NCBI GenBank assembly: GCA_905331295.1
Contig: CAJNYD010000031.1
Span: 54,471-74,470 of the forward strand
Source: Rotaria socialis
Taxonomy: Eukaryota
Reading direction: 5' to 3'
DNA: 20,000 nt
Part shown: in pieces, positions 1 to 9,680 of the stretch
Numbering within the stretch: position 1 is the stretch's first letter
Layout: every line of letters begins with the position of its first letter
The notes under the pieces: generated by a model
Told to the model about the DNA's origin: nothing
Databases searched by the model: none
What the model saw: only the letters and a program-made list of their open reading frames with translations
Made by a program: the position numbers and the translations under genes

Positions 1-3000
1 TCGAAGGTGAAAAATCTCTTAATTGTAAATTTTCATAACGATAATCTAGAAAAATAAAAATGAAGAACATCGAAATTCTAAAAGAAACGAATTATGAAAA
101 ATATTTATCGAAAGAGATGATTCCCTGTAAAAGTAAATATCGAATAGAAATCCTCAGTCGTTTATAGAATAAATATATTTTTTGTATTATCCTGATCGGA
201 CAAATCAGATCGATCGTTTAACCTTATAATTCGTATGAAAATAATGACTTTCTAGTTTAGTTGCGATGATTTTTCTGTGCAAACTCACTATAAAGTCATG
301 CGGATAAGAAAAATACATTGAGGAATGGTACGATATTGTGTCACGTGCCGTACGCTTTCAATCTTCTTTGGCGTAGGAAACTGCATTAGGACCCTATATC
401 ATCGGTGCGAAAAACCAATAGAAAGAAGTAGCAAACTTAGAAACTGAGATCGAATGTTTATCAGGAAAAAAAGAATATCAAGTTCCGATCGATGATTAAT
501 ATTATTACACGTATTCCAAGACTAATCAAGTTTATAGTGTCAATAAGGTAGTCATTAGCATGAAAATGCAGGAGGCGCTATTATGTCAAAAGTCCGGTCT
601 TGATTAAAAATTCTCATTCACGATTATTAGATCATGATTGCTCAGAGATCAGCATTTAAAGTTCATCATATACCAACAATAGCTACTTAATTTGAAGTAC
701 AATAATGACTTACGTTAGAGATGCAGTGAAATGTGAATGAAATTCGAGTCGTGTAGGTAGATATAAATAATAATAATGAAATCCACGACGTATTAATAGG
801 TCTTAGTGTACTAATCCTTTCATTAAAGCATAATAATAATAAAATAATAGCAATAAAGTAAGGTTTATTCTCGCCGTCGCCGGACTCACTTACATTGTCG
901 TCGATACAAATTTTATGATCTTATTTTTTATCTCATTATTTCAGTAAATATGTAAAGCATTTTTTTAACGGCAATATTCAATTAGAAATTTTGAAAAGTT
1001 AAGATTTTCAACTTCACTAACATATAAATATGAAATGCAAAAGAAACTCGTCTAAGTTTTATCTCGCGTAAAGACAGTACACGTTTCTTGAGTTTCAAAC
1101 GCATAAATATTAAGAAAAATATTTTCGCTGATTTTTGAGCCAATGATGTAGACTAGAAAAATTCTTTTGAGCAACAATCAAAGCTAGACTATGACTTTAA
1201 ATATCTCATCTGAGAATTTAATAAGATTATTATGAATATCTATTTATGAGTTTATTTTAATTCAAGTGTGGAAAAAGCATGTGCTACAATCTGTTTTTCT
1301 CGATTCTCAAAGCACGCCATAAAAATTAATATCATCCATAATACTCAATATGAATGGTTGATCTAAGCATCAATGTGTGAATGGACGAGAAATTTGCGTG
1401 TAATTGCGTCATTTTAATGTTTATATGTTGGATCTTATGTTTAATCTCGTTGATATTCAACTTCAATTTATTCTTTGAATGCTTTGTTAGTAATAGTTTG
1501 ATGTTATGATTTAGAATGGCATATGATTAGATTAACATCATTTTATTGAATACAGCAATCAATAGTTAGTTGTCAAGTATTTTTTCCATATCGAAAAGCA
1601 AACTGTCTGATAAGAATTCCATTTATGATATATGTGGACTCGTCTAGAAAAAGTTTTTAGATACTCTTAAGAAACGATACTTTTATAGTTGCAATTAGAT
1701 AGACATTCATAAACCATAGTAGGGAGGGGGGGGGAGGCATTAGTAAAGTTAAACATCAATAAATCGAAGATAAACTCACAGCAAGTATAAATCATTTCAT
1801 TGTTAATATCAACCAATAGGTAAAAAGAAAATCATAGCAAATTTAGTAGTGATCCACAGTCAATAATGACCACCATAGTTCTTTTCAACTTTTATGCGCT
1901 TCCATAGTTTCAGGGTCAGGTATTTTCATCTCGAGTGATTAGCACACCTAATTGTAAATAACACTAAGTAGAACTGAATTTGATTAAAGTAGAAGCAACA
2001 TTTTCTAAGAGCGATACCAATGAAAATAAAACATTAATCATTTTTAGGTGCTAAATATGAGTTTTTATGTTTATATTTTCATATTGTTTTCTAGTGACAA
2101 AACACATTACTTATTTTTTTCCGATAATCAGTACACTTTTCAAAAAACAATCTTCAAGGAGTAAAATGAAACAGTTTATTTTTCAAATTTTAAACTCAAA
2201 AACAAAACAACAAAAGTTACTCATTCTATTTCACTTCGGCATATAACCTCAAGCATCAATATCTCTTTGCCATTTATTACTTTTTAATGCAAACATTTTA
2301 TAAATATAAATTGTATTGAATAACATTGTTAACATTTTGGTTAAATCTATCAAAATGACACTTTATATCAATCAAGTTAATATAGAAGATCCAACTATGT
2401 TAAATAAAAAATCGTCTTCAAAATAGTCGATGTTTCATAAATATTCTTATTTGCGGTATTCTCTTTCATGTATTATTCGAAAGAATGCTCAAGACTACAT
2501 CAGCTTTGTTACCTAGAAGCCTTGCAGCTGTATTTTAGTTGTAAGAAAAAAAAATACTTTGAAAAAGGTTGATGCTCCTTGTTTGTAAAGCTACGCCCAG
2601 AATATTTTCTTGGTTCTACCTCTAAAGAATTCAATTATGTACGATATATTTTGAACTTATCGCTCTTTTGAAAAAATAATTAAAAATAAAAATATGAACG
2701 CGAACAAATATTTTAAAGAATCGCTGAGACAAGTATTTATCCTGAACTGATGATTATATGAACTGAGCAAATGTGATAGATATTACCTATCGAGAATATC
2801 GTTCACTTTTAACTATTGAAATAATTGTTATAATGAAGAAAGATGCCAATAGTTAAAGAACATACAATTGCGGAGATATTGATTTTATCGTAAATAAATA
2901 TTTCGATTGAATATCTAACGACTCACTAAAACTACTATAAATATTCAATATCTTATGTATAAGTATTCAATGAAATATTCAAATCTATTGATTGACAACG

Positions 3001-3741
3001 TTGATTTGATTTGATTTTTAACAGTTTTCTTAAAATAAATTGATCAGATCAAAATGAATCAGTGTAAATGCTTGCATTTAGAGAAGTTTAAACTTGTTGA
3101 TGCATTCAATCGCTGCTTTTATATGAGTTTATTCATGTTTTTATAGTTATAATTATTTTCTTGAAGTTTTGGGATTTTTATCGATTTTTTTTATTCGATT
3201 CTGTTTGACTAAACAACAGTTCATAGGAGCTGCTTGTGATCAGTTATGAAACGAGAAACAATACACATAGAGACGTTGATTACATGTTGCTAAATTAAAT
3301 AAGTCAACCATAAATTGACGTATTTAACAGTTTTTTTAAATGAAAAAATAACAAACGAATCCATATCTGTTTTCAATCAAACAGAAAGTAATATCAGAAA
3401 AGTTTTTTTTTTGTTGAATATATTGATCATGTGTGTCCTTGAAGAAATAATAGTTTCGTTTTTCTTTGTTATTTTTTTTCAACAAAGCAATAATTATGTA
3501 AATAACGTTGTTGTTTTTCTTCCATTGAGAAAAAAACATTCAACACTTCAACATTTGAGATCATGATGTGTCATGAAGTTGAGAAGTTTTGATTTTATAA
3601 TTGTTTATTCTCGTTTGGATGCATATTTGCAAAGAAAAATAATTCTCTCTTAATCTTGTATTTTTTCTCTCTCCTTTTTTCTCACTCAAATAATAAAGAT
3701 TTTATGTACAAAATGAAGTTCTTATTTCATTAGAGGTGAGG

Positions 3742-4608
3742 ATGGACACCGTAAGCATTTAATTTGCTTTTTGTCTAATGAACAAGATAAAAATTAACTT
3801 GCGATCTTTGAAATCCTATTAATATGATTCTCATTTCTTTTATTTAGTTATTTAGTTGTTTTGTTCAATAAATATTCTTCATCAATTTGCTATGTCAGAA
3901 ACAAGTATTGATTTTTTGATGCACAGACAAAAACATTTACCTCAGTATCAAATAGCTGCTCAATATGATATATTAGCATGGCTCGATACAATTCCTTTAT
4001 CTCGGCCAGTATATACTTTAGAACTAGATTTTGGTGATGGAATCTTAATTGCTGAAATAGTTGCTTACTTTTTTCCTGAATATGTTGAGTTAGAAATGTT
4101 TCATGTCGCTCGAAATATGTCACAACGTGCTAAAAATTGGCGTTTATTAAATTCTGATGTTTTACCTAAAATAAGTTTACATGCACCTGGTACTGTTGTA
4201 CATGATATAACAAATGGAGATAATCGCGCTGTTGAATTATTTCTTCTTCACTTACGAGAGAAAATTGAAGAACATTTAATTCGTACAGGAAGAAGATCGC
4301 GTTTACAATGGGAAACATGGCGTACATTTAATGTTGAGCGTCATCGTTTACCATACTTAGTACCAACATCACTCACACCTAGAAGAACTGCTATCGCACC
4401 TGGGTATGGATCTATTTCGCGAAGTGAAAGATTGAAGAATCCACGTGCTGCTCTGTTTGATAATGTTTTAATAGTTAAAGATGAAGAAATTGAAGTTTTA
4501 CGCCAAAAATTAAAAACTTGTGAAAAAATTATTCGTACTAAAGACAAACGAATTCAAGAATTAGAAGAAAAATTTGAAAAAAGGAAACTGAAACGACCTT
4601 CACCATAA
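3742..4608 (+). CDS. SPEF1: SPEF1/CLAMP-like protein (N-terminal CH_2 calponin-homology domain, C-terminal coiled coil), divergent
   Basis: ORF 3856-4608 contains WLDTIPLSRP...DFGDGILIAEIVAYFFPEYVE...KNWRLLNSDVLPKI, matching the SPEF1 pattern WVDNIPLSRP...DFSDGVLVAEVIKFYFPKMVE...NWGHLNRKVL. The C-terminal KDEEIEVLRQKLKTCEKIIRTKDKRIQEL matches the SPEF1 coiled coil. The start is uncertain: either ATG 3892, or a micro-exon ATG GAC ACC (3742-3750) followed by an intron GTAAGC...TTTAG (3751-3855) that joins in frame. Stop TAA at 4606-4608. Confidence 0.88.
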
Positions 4609-4707
4609 ACTTTATAATAATCAAAAACAAAAACTTACAAATTTTCTTTCTCTGTTTTATTTAATGTATTCCGAGTCGCAAGTTCGTTGTGTTAAACCAG
4701 TAAATAT

Positions 4708-4958
4708 TATTTTCTTCTTGACTATTTTAGAAAAAGTGTATCTCGATATTGTGGATGATTTTTTTTCTTCGAATCTCTTTGTTTCTAAAGATAATTTACA
4801 AACTATTTGAATTCAACTATGAAAATAAAGGTTCTACCTTGAATATTTGAATAAATCATATCGATCTAATTTGTCATCAAATAATCATACTTATTTTATA
4901 TCATTTCGTAATCGAAATATGATGAATAGTGTGGATGATATATTAGAAAACCATATTT
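4708..4958 (-). pseudogene. Possible decayed 3' exons of an unidentified gene
   Basis: A 53-bp minus-strand intron-like segment (4837 to 4785, GTAGAA...TCTTTAG) has the size typical of this genome. One spliced frame reads KYGFLIYHPHYSSYFDYEMI*NKYDYLMTN*IDMIYSNIQ/ETKRFEEKNHPQYRDTLFLK*, with internal stops. Family not recognised and frame not certain. Confidence 0.3.
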
Positions 4959-5091
4959 AATCATGCTCTGGTGCCAATGTTAAAATTAATCAAAGATATA
5001 ATATGTATTTTTCATTTCTTTCTTATATTTTATCTTTAAAATAGTAAAAATTAAACGTTTGAAATAAATATTAAAAATACATGGCGATAGG

Positions 5092-6007
5092 AGTAGCTGC
5101 CTAATTCGACTTCGAATATAAACGAAAATTTTCCGAAAATCCTATTGTGCACTGGCAAAAGATAAAGATAAATTTTATCCTAAATATAAATTTTATGGTT
5201 CGAATTGAGGTACCCATATAAGTCCAATCACACCCACACCCACACCCTTCGCGGCATCCACAGTTAAGCGATGCACCCTCACAACCCATTAGCACTGTCG
5301 TGGCACCCACAGATGCGACATATGCAGAAACGCTTTTCGAACAACAAAAGTCATACTTAACGTACGTGATGAGCTTGCTATTTCCAATGAGTATCTTACG
5401 ATCACATCTGAATTTGATACAACTGGAAAGGGGAATGCGACTGGCGTGCCTAAGCTAACTTGAAGCATTCTTAAGGTTGCTTCCAGCTCTTGTGAGATTG
5501 CTGGTAGCATTCCTGAGACAGCCAGTAGCACTTCTGGGGACACTAGTAGCATCCATGAGAGCTGCAATACGATAGTTGTGATTGGTACACGCATAGGTAA
5601 GATCGCCAGAAACAGTCCTTCACCTCCTAGGTGTATGCTCCAGTTTGTGAGAAAATGACTTTCGAACATTCGAAAAAAACGGAGGCGCAGTTTCAGCAGC
5701 TACGGCATTGCATATAGGAGTTCATTTAAATGCACTCTGGAACCTGAATTCGGTTTCTAGCAAATCCTGCCATTGTGTCAATACTTTAAGACAGGAGATA
5801 GAAAGTTGAGGAATCATTTGGGTCGCTTATAGATAATGTCTAAGTTCGAATTATTAAATTTATATTTAGGATAAAATTTTATCTTTTGCTTTTTGCTGTA
5901 ACTATATCAATGCCCGATTTTTTTATTTTTGAATTGATATTGTGTAGTTGAACCTTCATTTATATTCGAAACCTTCATTTATATTCGAATTCGAATTCAA
6001 CATCTCA
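5092..6007. mobile_element. Non-autonomous inverted-repeat DNA element (about 0.9 kb) with a GC-richer interior
   Basis: Left arm AATTCGACTTCGAATATAAACGAA (5103-5126) matches the reverse complement of about 5974-5997 (AATTCGAATTCGAATATAAATGAA). A second block, AATTTTATCCTAAATATAAATTT..TTCGAA (about 5170-5204), matches the reverse complement of about 5845-5880. The right arm has a 19-bp tandem duplication (5951-5988). No TSD could be read, so the ends are approximate. Confidence 0.65.
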
Positions 6008-6397
6008 TGCTTTAAACGAATATGTTCCCTGTTAGCTAATGTAAATAATTGATTATCATCCATAATTGAATTCGAATAGAATTAAATGAATTTTTTCGAT
6101 TTATGGACAAAGAGAAAACATTCCATATTTTCAATCCAAAGGGCATCAACTTCGCCATTAAATACAATATAACGTCTTTCATTACGTGTTATTGGCCGAT
6201 TAATCATTCAATATAACATTGAGAAGATGACATCAGTTCATTCATCTATATATCGATAAACTTCTCCTTTATATCAAATGAAAAATCATAGATCAACGTG
6301 TCAATGGATCGAGTGTAGCATATAATTCAATAGCACGAATCGCTTTTGGATTTACTGTGTAAAGACTTGTTTTCATTCCCGTTTGAGTTTGTGCACC
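6007..6397 (-). pseudogene. DNAH10: Axonemal dynein heavy chain fragment (AAA2 region, DNAH10-like), inactivated
   Basis: Three exon remnants (6397-6298, 6245-6124, 6072-6007) translate to GAQTQTGMKTSLYTVNPKAIRAIELYATLDPLT/HE*TDVIFSMLY*MINRPITRNERRYIVFNGEVDALWIENM/NSIMDDNQLFTLANREHIRLKH. This aligns by eye with DNAH10 AQTKLGLTTKLYILNPKAVSVIELYGILDPTTRDWTDG...[39 protein letters not shown]. There are in-frame TGA codons at 6240-6238 and 6210-6208. The first intron (52 bp) is GT-AG. The second (51 bp) has decayed GA...CG ends. Confidence 0.85.
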
Positions 6398-6466
6398 AGA
6401 ACAATGGTGAGAGAACAGAAAGAGAAAGAAGGAGAATCATCGGAGCGTGCCATCAATATCGGCACA

Positions 6467-6923
6467 ATCATGAAAAGCTTTTTCAAAGCATTCAACATAT
6501 TCTGATTTTAGTAAACAAAGACGTTGGCCAAGTAAACCAAGAAAAGGTTCATACCTTCGTCTTTGCGCACAATTATCAATAATTATCTGACATATTTCCG
6601 TCTACAATTTAGATTTGAGCATAAATAAATACTGCTCTTTCATATATGAAAAAAACATACTTCTTGTCCAAGAGATGCATTCATTTTAAGTAGTTTACGC
6701 GCACATTTTTCAGCGCCACTATTTAATTCAATTGCTAGAAATATGGTACGAAAAAACGCTGGTAAATTTGTTTTCATTTGATTGATGATTGATTGTTGAT
6801 TTGCATCGAAGAAAAGCAAACTTAGAACTGTTTTGAGGATGGAACATTATACTGACTTTCCATTCGATCATCTTCTTCATCAGTATCTGGTGAACAAGTG
6901 CTTGATTCATCATCATTATCACT
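6467..6923 (-). pseudogene. CWC22: CWC22-like fragment (acidic linker plus first part of MI/MA3 domain), truncated
   Basis: Exon remnants 6923-6857, 6806-6661 and 6601-6467 translate to SDNDDESSTCSPDTDEEDDRME/NANQQSIINQMKTNLPAFFRTIFLAIELNSGAEKCARKLLKMNASLGQE/TEICQIIIDNCAQRRRYEPFLGLLGQRLCLLKSEYVECFEKAFHD. This matches CWC22 [29 protein letters not shown]...[39 protein letters not shown]. Intron 6660-6602 is GTATGT...TTGTAG. Intron 6856-6807 ends in CG instead of AG. Similarity stops abruptly at 6467. Confidence 0.85.
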
Positions 6924-7270
6924 CTATCTAGAATTATTCAAAACACTTCCATTAGTCTATATTAAAATATATATCCATTTCAAAATGATAAACTTTCGAA
7001 GTAGTCTTTTATACTTATAATTACTCGTTGACTAATTATAAATATTAATAGAATAGAGAGTTTTCTATTAGTTGAATAATTAAGAAGCAAATGAATGTCA
7101 TTATTGATGTTTTATAATCTTAATCAGTGTCACAATAACCGATAGAAATTGATTTAGACATCTTGTCTTGAGATTGAATGTTGGATGATTTCATTAAGGC
7201 TACAGTTGGAAGACTCATTCTATTAGTTTCTGCTCTCTATATACTATGAAAGTAATAAATAATTAGTTAC

Positions 7271-8334
7271 CAGCGGCGTAACTACGAGGAGGCAAATGGG
7301 CAGTTGCCCATTTCATTTTGAACCTTGCCCATTGAAATTTTACTTTTTCACAATTATTTACTTTTAAATAAACTAGCTACTGTCTTTTTTCTTTCGTTTG
7401 AATCACATATGTGCCCTTTCCTTGTTCTTATGAAGAATTAATAGAAGAAAACAGAACAAAAAAAATGACCAATGCATAATTGTACATACGTATCTATATG
7501 TATAGTTGTGCTTTTCTATTATCTTGTCTCAAAATGCTGACATGGAAAGAAAACGATTGAACTATAATCCATCTCGTTCAGTTTACCGTCTTGTTTCTTC
7601 TTTCACACCACTATATTATAAGAAAAGCCTAAAGAAGAAAAAAAATATGTTTATATAAAATTGCGCACTTCCACTTATCATTTTATTGTTCTCTTTTGCC
7701 CTGTTTTAAAAGACTAATACTAAGCCGTGCCAACTGGGAAACGACCCAATACGCAGTGGCGGATCCAGAAAATCAGTAAGGGGATGACACCCCTGGTCAA
7801 AAAGTGTTTTTTAAAGCCTATTTGAAGCAATACGACTCTTTTCTGTTTCATTTTTGCTGGGAATAATCAAAAAAATTTCGTGAAGGGGGTGCCCCTTGCC
7901 GGTTAGCCGTAATGGTAGATCCGCCATTTCCAATATGTTATTAAGTCATCACTTTTCTTTGAAATATTGAAATTATATGTAAAAATATGCAATCGTCGTC
8001 TTGATTTTGGTGTTTGAATTTCAAAATCAAATGTTATAAATAGAGACTGAAGATAAAATAGAATATGTCTAACTTAGGAAGTCTGAGGAAAGCTTAAAAT
8101 CTGAATTTCATTTCATATATATTAGGTTAAGAGAATCTCATATTTGTTTTGTGTAGTTAAATGAACATCATTTTATTTTATCTTTTTGTGTTTTTTCTAC
8201 GTTATCAATACTTTGTTGGGCTAAAAAGTTTTGGCCCATCAATGAAAAATGAAAATCTTGCCTATTTAGCCCTTGTTTTTTTTTGACTTAATGGAAGTTT
8301 CCCCAGTGGTCTACAAATCCTGGTTACGCTGCTG
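7271..8334. mobile_element. Non-autonomous hAT-like DNA transposon, 1064 bp
   Basis: TIRs CAGCGGCGTAAC (7271) and GTTACGCTGCTG (ending 8334) match at 11/12. A perfect 8-bp TSD, TTAGTTAC, lies at 7263-7270 and 8335-8342. CAG termini with an 8-bp TSD are typical of hAT. No ORF. Confidence 0.9.
7754..7929. mobile_element. hAT-like MITE (176 bp) nested in the 7271-8334 element
   Basis: TIRs CAGTGGCGGATC and GATCCGCCATTT match at 10/12. The 8-bp TSD is CCAATACG (7746-7753) versus CCAATATG (7930-7937), one mismatch. Confidence 0.85.
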
Positions 8335-8449
8335 TTAGTTACATAGAATTTTTATGAAGGAACATATTAACATTAAAAACAAGGATTTATCAAGTTCTTG
8401 AATTTGAAAGAAGTTTTAATTTAAAAAGATACTTTATATGTGTATACCT

Positions 8450-9093
8450 CAATGGCGGAGTCAGGGGGTATAGGGGGGCTCTGCCCCCCCCCCCCTAGCG
8501 GGGGCGTGGGGGGGGTATGGGGGGCCCCCCCCCCCCCCCCCCCCTAGCGGGATTTTAGAAAGTGTATTTTTTTATATAAATATGTATTACTATTTCCAAT
8601 TTAACGTTTCAGCAAGTGCTGCCAGGTAGCGAACTCGAAAACTCAGAAAAAAGGGAAAAAACTTTTAGAATCTCCGAAAAGATCCAGAAAAATTGTTAAA
8701 ATTCCCACAAACACTAGAAAAAATTTCGACATTTCCAAAAAAAGTCCAGAAAAAGTTTTGAAATTCTCATTAAATCTGGAAGCAATCCAGCAAAATATTT
8801 TAAATTTCCCAAAAATCTAGACAAGCTTTCAAAATTCTCAAAAAAATCCAGAAAAATTTTCAAAATTCTGAAGAAATCCTAAAAAGTTTACAAAAAAAAG
8901 TCCAGAAGAATTTTCAAAATCCGAAAGATCTGGAAATACTGTTCCTAAAGCACGCTTGTAAAAGTGGCNAAAATAAAACTAAATGATCTTTTATTGTTTA
9001 TCTGTTCAGTTGATTATATTACAAGACAACTGTTTAGTGGCGCCCTCATCCACACATGTATATTCCCTGTTCATGTCATTGGCTCCGCTATTG
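8450..9093. mobile_element. hAT-like MITE with G/C homopolymer head and internal tandem array
   Basis: TIRs CAATGGCGGAGTC and GGCTCCGCTATTG match at 11/13. The 8-bp TSD is GTATACCT (8442-8449) versus GTATACCC (9094-9101). The span includes the probably artefactual segment 8969-9083. Confidence 0.85.
8635..8937. repeat. Degenerate tandem array, unit about 30-32 bp (AAAAATCCAGAAAAATTTTCAAAATTCTCA-like)
   Basis: CCAGAAAAA/CTAGAAAAA cores recur at about 8684, 8714, 8746, 8787, 8817, 8848, 8878, 8902 and 8930. Confidence 0.75.
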
Positions 9094-9411
9094 GTATACC
9101 CATGTATAATTCAATGAAAATCTTATGCAGATTGTAAAGCAAGAGAAAAGACTTCGCGTAACGGATATATTTTCTTTCGAAATGAAGACGCAAGCAATTG
9201 TACTTAAACATTTGAATTGAATCAAAGTTACAGACTGTTACATACCAACATGTGACTTTGAGAAAAATTCAAAGATCTTCGAAGATCTATAAAAGTCGCC
9301 AATGACATGAACAGGGAATATACATGTGTGGATGAGGGCGCCACTAAACAGTTGTCTTGTAATATAATCAACTGAACAGATAAACAATAAAAGATCATTT
9401 AGTTTTATTTT
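8970..9411. repeat. Perfect 114-bp inverted repeat (8970-9083 and 9298-9411), 214-bp spacer
   Basis: 8970-9083 is the exact reverse complement of 9298-9411. The left arm begins immediately after a single N at 8969. Confidence 0.95.
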
Positions 9412-9680
9412 GAAAAAAAGACAAAATTCTTTCCTATTCAAATAAAAAATATCATCCAAAAATTAATTTGATTATTTCCACCGAAAATGCGGTCTATATA
9501 TATATGTTGTTTTCTCATTAGAAAAAAGTCTCATTAGTCAACGTTCTAACTGATCGAATTCAGAGATTAGTCATTCATATGAAGATCTATCTTCTTTTTT
9601 CTTCTTTTCATTCATAAATATAATTTCTTTCGAAATTGGATTCTTATTTGAAATAATTATTTTTCAGAATTCTAGAAACA

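Noticed and set aside
180..605. Coding-looking stretch (YIEEWYDIVSRAVRFQSSLA..., KEVANLETEIECLSGKKEYQVPIDD)
   Set aside because: Multiple stops and frameshifts and no family I can recognise. It may be a decayed gene or transposon but cannot be supported.
1722..1737. Isolated G-run GGGAGGGGGGGGGAGG
   Set aside because: No matching inverted end or TSD found, and too short to call.
3315..3566. Overlapping short ORFs on both strands
   Set aside because: Low-complexity AT-rich translations (F/N/K/I-rich) with no motifs.
3856..4608. A 'sperm flagellar' gene as evidence for cryptic males in a possibly asexual animal
   Set aside because: SPEF1 and axonemal dyneins also serve ordinary motile cilia, and the taxon itself is only inferred.
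6208..6240. In-frame TGA at a conserved Trp position as a sign of an alternative genetic code or readthrough
   Set aside because: A second TGA falls at a conserved Arg position, splice sites are also broken, and intact genes here use TGG for Trp. This is ordinary pseudogene decay.
6346..6922. ORF-track calls 6346-6582 (+) and 6728-6922 (-)
   Set aside because: Antisense or wrong-frame shadows of the CWC22 and dynein fragments.
8635..8937. Regularly spaced 30-bp repeats as a CRISPR-like array
   Set aside because: Units are degenerate and contiguous with no unique spacers, there are no cas genes, and the context is a eukaryotic MITE. The same applies to 12750-13069.
9238..9459. 73-aa minus-strand ORF over the inverted-repeat arm
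   Set aside because: No recognisable motif or splice structure. Likely a chance ORF in the SDA1 upstream region.
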